Below are positions 38,580-45,894 of a DNA stretch of 51,649 nucleotides, piece by piece. Origin of the DNA: a virus (lineage: Duplodnaviria > Caudoviricetes). Position 1 is the first letter of the stretch, and each line of letters opens with the position of its first letter. Below the pieces are notes generated by a model. That model ran no database searches and had not been told where the DNA came from. It saw only the letters and a list, made by a program, of their open reading frames with translations. Both the position numbers and the translations under genes were made by a program. The stretch spans positions 1-51,649 of the IMG/VR virus record IMGVR_UViG_3300048611_000030. One strand, 5' to 3'.

Positions 38580-39076
38580 TAGGCCAGTTTAATCCGCTCG
38601 GCGTCGTCCGCAACCGAGCTTGTAAGTGCTGCCGCTGTGCGCTGCTCTTGTTCTTTGGTATCCTTGTTTGGACGACCAGCGCGGCGTTTGGGAACCCACC
38701 CGCGTTCGGCAACCCACTTAGCCGCTACGGCGGCTCCCTTATCATTGCTGTTGGCAATGTTAATCATGGATTGGATAGCTTCCGAGCGAATCTGGATTTC
38801 CAGTTCATCTCTCCACTTCTCCAGAAAGAACATGAAGTCCGGCGTATCCAGAAGCCTGCGCCAATGGTCCCAAAAATTCGTGTAATCCGAACCAAGTAAA
38901 GCCTTTGCGAACTTATACTCGGTGGGGTCCGCAAGTTCCATATAAAGATCATGCGCCTCTTTCAAGGTGCAACGCGGAGGATACTTTTCCATGTTATCCT
39001 TGTCTGCTAACTCAACGAATAAGCCTCTGGTAAGGTAGCGCCCTGTTACGTCCTTTAAGGGAGAAGTATTATTCAT
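38579..39076 (-). CDS. terS: Terminase small subunit (putative)
   Basis: Directly upstream of terL; DPTEY.FA, W..ELE..IRS, AAKW, RAGRP. Confidence 0.7.
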   Translation of the reverse strand: MNNTSPLKDVTGRYLTRGLFVELADKDNMEKYPPRCTLKEAHDLYMELADPTEYKFAKALLGSDYTNFWDHWRRLLDTPDFMFFLEKWRDELEIQIRSEAIQSMINIANSNDKGAAVAAKWVAERGWVPKRRAGRPNKDTKEQEQRTAAALTSSVADDAERIKLA

Positions 39077-39251
39077 CGCTGTTATTTCGCCAGTTCTTCT
39101 TTTTAACCCACGTAATTATTTGAAGTGTTAGCCAGATGCCTGAGAGTACACCTAATATATGGGAGGCAATCCATCCTATGGTAACACTCACCGCGGTTAT
39201 AAAAGCCGTCCAATCCACGGTGTTTTTCAACAGTGAGTCCTCCAGTTTCAT
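39069..39251 (-). CDS. Putative holin / small membrane protein
   Basis: Long hydrophobic segment with a basic C-terminus. Confidence 0.55.
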   Translation of the reverse strand: MKLEDSLLKNTVDWTAFITAVSVTIGWIASHILGVLSGIWLTLQIITWVKKKNWRNNSDE

Positions 39252-39505
39252 TTGTAAAACAATCCGCCAATACGTACTCCTAGATAATAAATGTACGCAA
39301 TAAAATAATTGGTCTTATTTTGCATACACCGCAAGAACAGCTTATCTGCCTCTTTCCTAGTAATACCATCAGGGCGAAAGCGCCTGAGGTAATCGTGCAT
39401 CTGGCAACATGGTGTTCCTATTTCAGGAGCCATAGTGCACCCATCTGAGGGATGCCCGGCGGCTTCCATGTCTTTTCTAAACTGCTCGGCTTGGGCAAGA
39501 TTCAT
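39248..39505 (-). CDS. DUF1353 / phospholipase A2-like small protein
   Basis: SDGCT...CCQMHD, RKEADK.F, YLGVRIGG motifs. Confidence 0.65.
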   Translation of the reverse strand: MNLAQAEQFRKDMEAAGHPSDGCTMAPEIGTPCCQMHDYLRRFRPDGITRKEADKLFLRCMQNKTNYFIAYIYYLGVRIGGLFYK

Positions 39506-40431
39506 TAGTCGTAGTATCCGCGAATTTCATAAGAAGCTGTGCCGTTATTCCCAGCATCATCACTAAGTTTCAACGAGTATCCCGTGTCCTTTACAATACA
39601 TACCTGCTGTACTGTTCGCGCTATAACGGCATTTCCTGACATAGCAACTTGTTCCGTTCCGTCAGCTACCGGCGTCAACTGCGAAACTGTCCCGGTAGCA
39701 TCGCCATAACAATCTACCGATGCTGTTCTACGAACTGGTGCACTATTTCCGGACCTTGCCGCTATATCTAATGCAACTATTAAAGCCGTTGAATCCGCCG
39801 ATGGGTCACTTAATGCAGCAACTACATCTCTGGTTAAACTAGCTGTAGCGGAATACGCTGTAGTTTTCATACACAAATTAGGGCCTACGCGCGTGTAGCC
39901 AGCAGCGCAGGCTTTGGTGCTGGAGAAAGTTCCCTCGGTAGAAAGATCACCCCCAACAGCAGCGGTACCAGCGACAGATAAATCATTAATAGCAAAATTT
40001 TGTGCGGCATCCCCCGCTACTTTCGCTTTGTCTGTATCCAATTCATTTATTGCTGTTTGTATTGTAGTAGCTGCAATATTCCCCGCTGGCGTATTGCTAT
40101 CCGCAATTGTTTGCGGAGACACCCACGCAACCACAGTGCCATCTGTCTTAAGAACTTTATTGGCGTTTCCTGTCTGAGACGGAAATGCTGCGGCTGTTCC
40201 AGTTGTTGCTTGAAGCTGACGAAGATTAACTGCATCTGTAGACAAACTTCCGTCAGCAACATTGTTGATCTGATTAGAACCCATATCCAGAACCGCCGCC
40301 ATTGCATTAGGGGCTGTGCCGTCCCTGCTCAATGTATTTTCAATAGCTGTTTCGATAGACGTGTTGTTTGTATTATACGTACTAACAACCGCATATCCTG
40401 AAACGATGTCAAGCAAAGTTAATTTTGCCAT
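39505..40431 (-). CDS. Tail fibre protein
   Basis: N-terminal LSRDGTAPNAM...LDMGSNQINNVAD...DAVNLRQL fibre motif; PSQTGNANKVLKTDG. Confidence 0.8.
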   Translation of the reverse strand: MAKLTLLDIVSGYAVVSTYNTNNTSIETAIENTLSRDGTAPNAMAAVLDMGSNQINNVADGSLSTDAVNLRQLQATTGTAAAFPSQTGNANKVLKTDGTVVAWVSPQTIADSNTPAGNIAATTIQTAINELDTDKAKVAGDAAQNFAINDLSVAGTAAVGGDLSTEGTFSSTKACAAGYTRVGPNLCMKTTAYSATASLTRDVVAALSDPSADSTALIVALDIAARSGNSAPVRRTASVDCYGDATGTVSQLTPVADGTEQVAMSGNAVIARTVQQVCIVKDTGYSLKLSDDAGNNGTASYEIRGYYD

Positions 40432-40434
40432 TAC

Positions 40435-40824
40435 TTATTTCCTTAGTGCTCGTGTAATACCGCCGATCATTGCCGGTATGTCCCGCGCCATAGCCCTGTG
40501 TCCGAAGAAGAAGCCCATGATGTATTCAATCCACAGTTCTACTTTGTCGTCAATCTTTTCAAAATTAGGACCATCCCAAAATCCCATTAAAATACCAATA
40601 ACCCAAAACGCCATAAAGGGTCTAGGAAGGCGGGATGCTCCATCTATTAAAACATCAAACCATGTATTATGGCTTGGTGCGATAGACATTTCTCGTGCAC
40701 GTTGAACATCATTATCGCTGGCAATAACTTCGGACATTCCCTCCGTCACTGGCTTTCCCTCAATTACTTTTTCAATTGCTCGTGCTGCAAAGAGTTTGGC
40801 GAACCACGAAAGAGCAGTATACAC
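40435..40824 (-). CDS. Holin of the 3TM (GTA-holin-like) type
   Basis: WFD..IDG..RLPRP, IMGFFFGHR motifs. Confidence 0.7.
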   Translation of the reverse strand: MYTALSWFAKLFAARAIEKVIEGKPVTEGMSEVIASDNDVQRAREMSIAPSHNTWFDVLIDGASRLPRPFMAFWVIGILMGFWDGPNFEKIDDKVELWIEYIMGFFFGHRAMARDIPAMIGGITRALRK

Positions 40825-40827
40825 AGG

Positions 40828-41079
40828 TTACGCCATGCGAGCCGAACGCGTACGCTTGAAGCTCCTATTGCTAGACCTAGAACGAACCCTAGTATTACTC
40901 CGTCCATTACCCCCTCCTTTTACAAGAGGAATTTTATGGTCTACGTCCTTGCCATCGCCTTTACGAACACGGCCTTCCCGCATAAGCTGGCGACGCGCTT
41001 TGTTTCTCATAGCACGCCGCTTCTTCTGCTCAGGCTTTCCTTGGTAGTTCTCGTATTCTTTTTTGTAATCTCTAGCCAT
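40828..41079 (-). CDS. Small HNH endonuclease
   Basis: RDYKKEY, GDGKDVDHKIPL.KGG.N...N.R...RSSNRS. Confidence 0.85.
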   Translation of the reverse strand: MARDYKKEYENYQGKPEQKKRRAMRNKARRQLMREGRVRKGDGKDVDHKIPLVKGGGNGRSNTRVRSRSSNRSFKRTRSARMA

Positions 41080-42775
41080 TGTTCTCTGCTACACCTACCC
41101 GTGGTAGTGCGTGTTCTTCGCCTACGGTCTCTCCGTAATTATCGGTAAACCACTGAACATACTGTTTTGACCACATTATATCATTGGCATAATTCATAAG
41201 GTAAACTTTTGCTACCTTTGGAGACTCCGAACCAGTTATATCTACCCGTACCCCGTGAAACGTCCTGTTACCGGGATAAAGATAATCGTGGAATCCTTGC
41301 GCGTACTCGGTTACCACGTCAGCTACTTCAACATCTTCCGCTGTCACTTCCGGTGGAGCCGTGAAATTAACAGAGCCGTTGGTTGTGCCCAAATGAAAGA
41401 CGTTGAACGCTTCAGCCAAGTTCCCGGTGTAAGCCGCTCTCTGGTATTTCAAACCACATCCATAGTGATAGTCACTGTGTAACGGGATGAAAAACCCCCG
41501 CGTGCCGTTAGTGATTGGATTATCCATCAAGGACTTTGGCGTTTGTCCTGACTGGGTAATCAATCGTTGGTACTCGGCTTCGGCATGGTTATGCAGGGCG
41601 TGTTGCGTGCCGTATTCCTTAACACTGACATCGACGTTCACCACCCCCGCGCCTTGTGTCGCCAGATACCGCCATCCTGTAGACATACCGAAGAAGGTAA
41701 AAGTCTTGTTGTGGGTATTGATCGCTGTCAGTGTGTCGGTGATCTGATTGGTCCCGTATACGGTGACTTCGGTAATGGGGTCTGCGTAGGACATGCTGGC
41801 GCTTCCCACGGATGAAGAAACTCTGTCCATCGCAGCGAGACAGCAAGGCCCCAAACTTTTAGTCCAGTGATTCGCTACCGTGTCTGCGCTCTGAGCCGAA
41901 GTAGGTTGAATCAGGCCGTAGAAAGCATCCCATGCCGTCTTACCTACCCCGTCCACTCCGGCGGAAACAAACCGAGCATTGGGATATGTCGTGATTAACG
42001 CCGACCACCCCAAGTCATTGTCAAATTCATGGTCTCCCCACTGAGCAAAAACATTCAGGTTTTTTCTACAGAAGGCGCGGTTGGTTTCCCTGCCCCATAA
42101 CAATTTAACTTGGTTTCCACTACTCGAAATATCCGAGTACAGCGGGGCGGCATCAATCCCCGTCATCCCCAAGACGCAACAATAGGCGATCAGGTAATCA
42201 TCGACATCCAGAGTTGTGTCAGGGTTTCCGCCTGAGACAAGCCCGGTGCCCCCATCGCCGTTATCCGTGTCGTCTACATTCAGGGCATCGACATACCCCA
42301 AATCATCCACAAAAAGCACTCCGGCAACGGGTAATACTCCGCTGTCGTAGTAGGTTTTTGTGTGCTGCCAATAACCCGGCACGGTTGCGGGGTTCGTTCC
42401 CGCTGAGTTTGTCAGTTCGGTGTTGTTGTCGCACCCAGCGAAAAAGAAGGCAAAATCATCGTAAGCTCTCGGCTCGGTCATTAAAGAACCGGAGTCTGAA
42501 TTGGCCCCTTGAGAGACCGTCCAACTGTAACGGGTAAACGCAGACAGACCCGTTATATCAAGAACTCCGGTCCAGACGATATTCGTGCCTCTAGCAGTCA
42601 GCGTCAATCCGATTCCGCTGACATAACTGAGTCCGTTGACTGTAACTGTAACCGGGTCAGACGTGGGGTCGTTGACTGTCGCCACCAACAATTTACAACT
42701 AGTGGTGGTGTTGTCTCCGGGAACACAAGTAACCCGGTTAGGCGTCGTATAAGTCGGCGTCGTGATATAGGTCAT
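41072..42775 (-). CDS. PhoD-like metallophosphoesterase with N-terminal FN3-like domain
   Basis: FFAGCD, FVDDLGYVD, QWGDHEFDND, HSDYH motifs; ITGLSAFTRYSW FN3-like strand; no signal peptide. Confidence 0.65.
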   Translation of the reverse strand: MTYITTPTYTTPNRVTCVPGDNTTTSCKLLVATVNDPTSDPVTVTVNGLSYVSGIGLTLTARGTNIVWTGVLDITGLSAFTRYSWTVSQGANSDSGSLMTEPRAYDDFAFFFAGCDNNTELTNSAGTNPATVPGYWQHTKTYYDSGVLPVAGVLFVDDLGYVDALNVDDTDNGDGGTGLVSGGNPDTTLDVDDYLIAYCCVLGMTGIDAAPLYSDISSSGNQVKLLWGRETNRAFCRKNLNVFAQWGDHEFDNDLGWSALITTYPNARFVSAGVDGVGKTAWDAFYGLIQPTSAQSADTVANHWTKSLGPCCLAAMDRVSSSVGSASMSYADPITEVTVYGTNQITDTLTAINTHNKTFTFFGMSTGWRYLATQGAGVVNVDVSVKEYGTQHALHNHAEAEYQRLITQSGQTPKSLMDNPITNGTRGFFIPLHSDYHYGCGLKYQRAAYTGNLAEAFNVFHLGTTNGSVNFTAPPEVTAEDVEVADVVTEYAQGFHDYLYPGNRTFHGVRVDITGSESPKVAKVYLMNYANDIMWSKQYVQWFTDNYGETVGEEHALPRVGVAENNG

Positions 42776-43572
42776 TAAGAGAGGCCATAGAAACCTGGAT
42801 AGATATGACCCGGATTTTCATACATCCAATCGGCAGCCGCTTTGAGTTGGAGGCTGAAAGTAGAACCGACGTTCTCGAAAATCAGAATACCAAAGGATGT
42901 ATATTTATGGGCATTGGCAGCCGCAATACTACCCGGTTTTATCTCGTTCAGATTGGTAAATTCCGCATCACCTGTTCCACCAGCAGTTAAAGCAATACCA
43001 GAACCGATAGTATTGGTAAGCAGTCCTTGCGAAGCGGTTTTACGGTAATAGGCTGAACCGGCAAGGGCCGAATCTGAAAAATTACAATAAGACATTCCGA
43101 AGGCTCTTTCAGCGGATACAGCGGTGGCGGCAGTAGTGATTGTTAGATAAGTATCTTGATTTGGGCCCATATAAATATCGTTCTTTGATTCTTTGAAACA
43201 CAACTGCATAAAGCCTTGTGCCCCTACGCTGTCAATATCGTAAAACACTATTCTTTGATCGGAAGTGGTCAAAATTCCAACTTGGGCGAAAAGGATACAA
43301 TGTTTTCCAGAAGGATTGGAAAGTGTCCCAGCGTAAGTCCCGTCTCCTGTGTTGGCCCGCCAACTAACACCTGTCCCGTCTTTTGAAAATGTCGGAGTTC
43401 CTGTATCAGGAGTAAAAGAACATCCTCCAATTCGGTCAACCCAAGAGGTAGTTACGCCCCCGGTTACATCATCCTGATGCCACAGGTGTTTGAGACAGGG
43501 GTATTTGTTACCAATAGTCTCGTCAGAGAGGTCTGTGGTATATGCTGTTGTGTTATAAGGTGTGTGAATCAT
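42775..43572 (-). CDS. Putative tail / receptor-binding protein (beta-sandwich)
   Basis: HLW...D...GVTTSWVDRIGG resembles LamG-like virion domains. Confidence 0.5.
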   Translation of the reverse strand: MIHTPYNTTAYTTDLSDETIGNKYPCLKHLWHQDDVTGGVTTSWVDRIGGCSFTPDTGTPTFSKDGTGVSWRANTGDGTYAGTLSNPSGKHCILFAQVGILTTSDQRIVFYDIDSVGAQGFMQLCFKESKNDIYMGPNQDTYLTITTAATAVSAERAFGMSYCNFSDSALAGSAYYRKTASQGLLTNTIGSGIALTAGGTGDAEFTNLNEIKPGSIAAANAHKYTSFGILIFENVGSTFSLQLKAAADWMYENPGHIYPGFYGLS

Positions 43573-44006
43573 TAGACTACTACCTCCACAGAAAGAGATG
43601 AACCAGCAGTTGCTGTGGGCCAGTCATAGCCCATCGAATCTACAGTGGTTTGTACTCCGTTGATGTCAAGGAAATTTAATTCCAGAACTTGATTTGCCAA
43701 TACTCGGAATCGAGGCCCTACCAATGTTTCATCCAACCAATCCGCTAGGATTGTTGTGTTGGGCGGGTCAAACGCCACAAGAACGTACAAGTCGGGGTCG
43801 GCTGTAGACCCGTCCAAAAGACAAAGCCGCACACCTTTGGCAGGCTGGGAGAAGGTCTGGATAGCGGCAGTAGCCGTAGCAGCGATACTTGGCTGTGTTG
43901 CCAAGGTACCTATAGGAAGGCCGCTGACTGGATGGACTCGCGCGGCTTTGCCCTCCAGATCAGACAACCAATCCATCATGTAGTCTGTTAGTGCTTTCTG
44001 TGCCAT
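43572..44006 (-). CDS. Putative structural protein
   Basis: 144 aa, beta-rich; GGAG RBS. Confidence 0.6.
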   Translation of the reverse strand: MAQKALTDYMMDWLSDLEGKAARVHPVSGLPIGTLATQPSIAATATAAIQTFSQPAKGVRLCLLDGSTADPDLYVLVAFDPPNTTILADWLDETLVGPRFRVLANQVLELNFLDINGVQTTVDSMGYDWPTATAGSSLSVEVVV

Positions 44007-44012
44007 TATTCT

Positions 44013-44246
44013 TTACTCTCCGTATACTTTCTTGCGTATTGTGGGTAGGTGCTTTTTGTAGGTTCTTATCCGCTCATCATCCAACTCGTCTTTATCTGAG
44101 GCTTTTCTTTCTTCGGATTCCTCTGCTTGCCTGAACGGCTCGTTAGCGTTCTCAAGGTCTCCCTTCTCAATAGCTTCTCTTCGCTTTCGTAACTTATCCG
44201 CGAATGAGCCCGGACCGGCTAGATCGTCTACCTTTCGTTTAGGCAA
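44013..44246 (-). CDS. Highly charged hypothetical protein
   Basis: TTG start with AGGAG RBS. Confidence 0.65.
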   Translation of the reverse strand: MPKRKVDDLAGPGSFADKLRKRREAIEKGDLENANEPFRQAEESEERKASDKDELDDERIRTYKKHLPTIRKKVYGE

Positions 44247-44306
44247 TGTGCACTCCTGTTATGTTCTGGGGGGTTTTGGTAAAGCAGACCCCGTGAACTG
44301 CAATTA

Positions 44307-44383
44307 TGGTGGACCCGGTAGGATTCAAACCTACAACCCCCTGCGTGCAAAGCAGGTGCTCTGTCAATTCGAGCTACAGGCCC
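44307..44383 (-). tRNA. tRNA-Ala(UGC)
   Basis: Cloverleaf, G3:U70, anticodon arm CCTGC-ttTGCac-GCAGG, encoded CCA. Confidence 0.93.
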
Positions 44384-44384
44384 T

Positions 44385-44460
44385 TGGTGCCCAACAGAGG
44401 AGTTGAACCTCCAACCGACGGTTTACAAAACCGCTGCTCTGCCAATTGAGCTAATCGGGC
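44385..44460 (-). tRNA. tRNA-Thr(UGU)
   Basis: Cloverleaf, GCGGT-ttTGTaa-ACCGT, encoded CCA. Confidence 0.93.
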
Positions 44461-44466
44461 ATACTG

Positions 44467-44540
44467 TGGAATCCCCGGTCGGATTTGCACCGACGTAGCT
44501 TGTTTTGCAGACAAGTACCTAACTACTCGGCCATGGGGAA
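44467..44540 (-). tRNA. tRNA-Cys(GCA), atypical
   Basis: CTTGT-ctGCAaa-ACAAG, U73 and CCA; T-loop TGCAAAT; acceptor mismatches. Confidence 0.8.
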
Positions 44541-44542
44541 TT

Positions 44543-44616
44543 TGGTGCGGGCTAGAGGACTCGAACCCCTATTGCCGGGTTGGAAGCCCGGTGCATAGCC
44601 TTTCTGCCAAGCACGC
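44543..44616 (-). tRNA. tRNA-Gly(UCC)
   Basis: CCGGG-ctTCCaa-CCCGG, TTCGA T-loop, encoded CCA. Confidence 0.9.
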
Positions 44617-44617
44617 G

Positions 44618-44962
44618 TTATACGTCTAGTTCTTGCAGCTTCTTACTACAGGTGGAAAGAATCAGTTCCGCGGTCTTTGCAGCCTCAGGATTACCACCCA
44701 TAACCTGATCTATGAAGATGAACAGGAGCTTCTTAATCTCCGGGTCGTTGGTCTTAATGGCATCCTTTAGCTGTTGCGAGGTAGCTCCGGCTTTAGCCAT
44801 AGTTCCCAAACCCTCAACTACCTGCATAAAGGATACTTCACAGAGCAGGTCTGCTTGCTCTTTGGTGTAGATTTTCTCAGCGTAGGCGTTCTGAACTGTA
44901 CCTACGATAACAGGAGCCATAATAAGAAGAGCTGCGAGTAGGAACGCTTTGGTAGATTTCAT
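44618..44962 (-). CDS. Secreted/periplasmic helical protein
   Basis: GGAGG RBS; Sec signal MKSTKAFLLAALLIMAPVIVGTVQNAYA; two Cys. Confidence 0.7.
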   Translation of the reverse strand: MKSTKAFLLAALLIMAPVIVGTVQNAYAEKIYTKEQADLLCEVSFMQVVEGLGTMAKAGATSQQLKDAIKTNDPEIKKLLFIFIDQVMGGNPEAAKTAELILSTCSKKLQELDV

Positions 44963-45186
44963 CAGTTTCACGGAAACCTCCGGTTTCATGTAGCAGGGCT
45001 ACTCTGGACGTAGCTCCATTTAATAATGTACCCCTATAAGTGCTCGATTTCGGACTCCAGTCCTGCTGCATCGCCCTAAGGCGATTTGAAATCTGCGCCT
45101 TCTTCGAGTCAAACTCTGCAAGGCCCCCAAGGGCCATTGTTACAGAGTGTTGTCTCTCAGAATGTGTATTTAATTATTAATGATCT

Positions 45187-45214
45187 TTAGACAGCAAGAA
45201 TTGCATAAAGTTCC
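45187..45214 (-). promoter_or_regulatory. sigmaE-type promoter heading the late (structural) arm
   Basis: Minus strand GGAACTT-tatgcaattcttgct-GTCTAA. Confidence 0.7.
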
Positions 45215-45280
45215 CGTATTTGGGAACTATATTTTCTACCCGTCAATGGGTAAGCACCCCATTGCGGGGTTGATTAAATG

Positions 45281-45293
45281 CAAGTGCTTGATT
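45281..45293 (-). promoter_or_regulatory. IHF consensus site
   Basis: AATCAAGCACTTG matches WATCAANNNNTTR. Confidence 0.5.
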
Positions 45294-45460
45294 TATAAGG
45301 GGCAAGGCCCCAACAGGTAATTTTGGTGGGATTTATGGAAGGTGTGATGCAGCAGCATCGAACCCCCCCATACCCCCCGCTGCCGGGGGTGCATATTATA
45401 GTGTAAGAAATTTCACCATATATAGCGTGAGTGCATTATATTGCACCCGCATGAGTGCAT

Positions 45461-45476
45461 GTAGTCGGCCGACTAC
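45461..45476. repeat. Dispersed palindrome GTAGTC-ggcc-GACTAC
   Basis: Non-coding leader. Confidence 0.95.
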
Positions 45477-45617
45477 GCGGCCGCTTGATGACAGTAGCTT
45501 CATGAATGTACCGCAGGTGCAATTACATCCACCACCCAGTAACATGGTGCAATATATTCCACTATATTAGCTCTATCTTATATGCTTATGCACCATGCAA
45601 ATACCATACCAAAAAAT

Positions 45618-45646
45618 TTGACAAGCTGTTGTTTTTATGATACACT
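45618..45646 (+). promoter_or_regulatory. sigma70 early promoter
   Basis: TTGACA-N17-TACACT with TGn extended -10. Confidence 0.75.
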
Positions 45647-45680
45647 GTCTCAATAATGATACACCTGCACCCGCAATCAT

Positions 45681-45696
45681 TGGCACAGATATTGCA
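45681..45696 (+). promoter_or_regulatory. sigma54 -24/-12 consensus site
   Basis: TGGCAC-agata-TTGCA. Confidence 0.55.
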
Positions 45697-45708
45697 CATG
45701 GCAAACGG

Positions 45709-45724
45709 TGGCACGATTCTTGCT
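45709..45724 (+). promoter_or_regulatory. sigma54 -24/-12 consensus site
   Basis: TGGCACG-attc-TTGCT. Confidence 0.6.
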
Positions 45725-45763
45725 ATTCCTTATATATACGCGTGAGGGAGGGGCAGCAGGTTT

Positions 45764-45779
45764 GTAGTCGGCAGACTAC
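45764..45779. repeat. Dispersed palindrome GTAGTC-ggca-GACTAC
   Basis: Upstream of promoter 45797. Confidence 0.95.
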
Positions 45780-45796
45780 ATACCGTGATAGTTTGC

Positions 45797-45825
45797 TTGC
45801 ATTGTTCTTTGTTCTGTGCTCTAAT
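45797..45825 (+). promoter_or_regulatory. sigma70-like early promoter
   Basis: TTGCAT-N17-TCTAAT with TGn; bracketed by two palindromes. Confidence 0.5.
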
Positions 45826-45859
45826 GTGCGTATGGTCAATCAATACCGATTGGCCGAAC

Positions 45860-45875
45860 GTAGTCGGCAGACTAC
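45860..45875. repeat. Dispersed palindrome GTAGTC-ggca-GACTAC
   Basis: Just before the AGGAG RBS of the first early gene. Confidence 0.95.
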
Positions 45876-45894
45876 ATCAACAGGAGATAACATC

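Noticed and set aside
44877-45137. 86-aa minus-strand ORF after the late promoter
   Set aside because: No clear RBS, overlaps the secreted-protein gene and has no recognisable motif; not called, though not excluded
45223-45247. GGAACT...GTCAAT as a rightward sigmaE promoter
   Set aside because: Spacer is 13 nt versus 16 nt in the other copies; better explained as one arm of an inverted repeat
45637-45894. 86-codon upstream extension of the first early ORF in the track
   Set aside because: Spans promoters and palindromes; the AGGAG RBS supports ATG 45895
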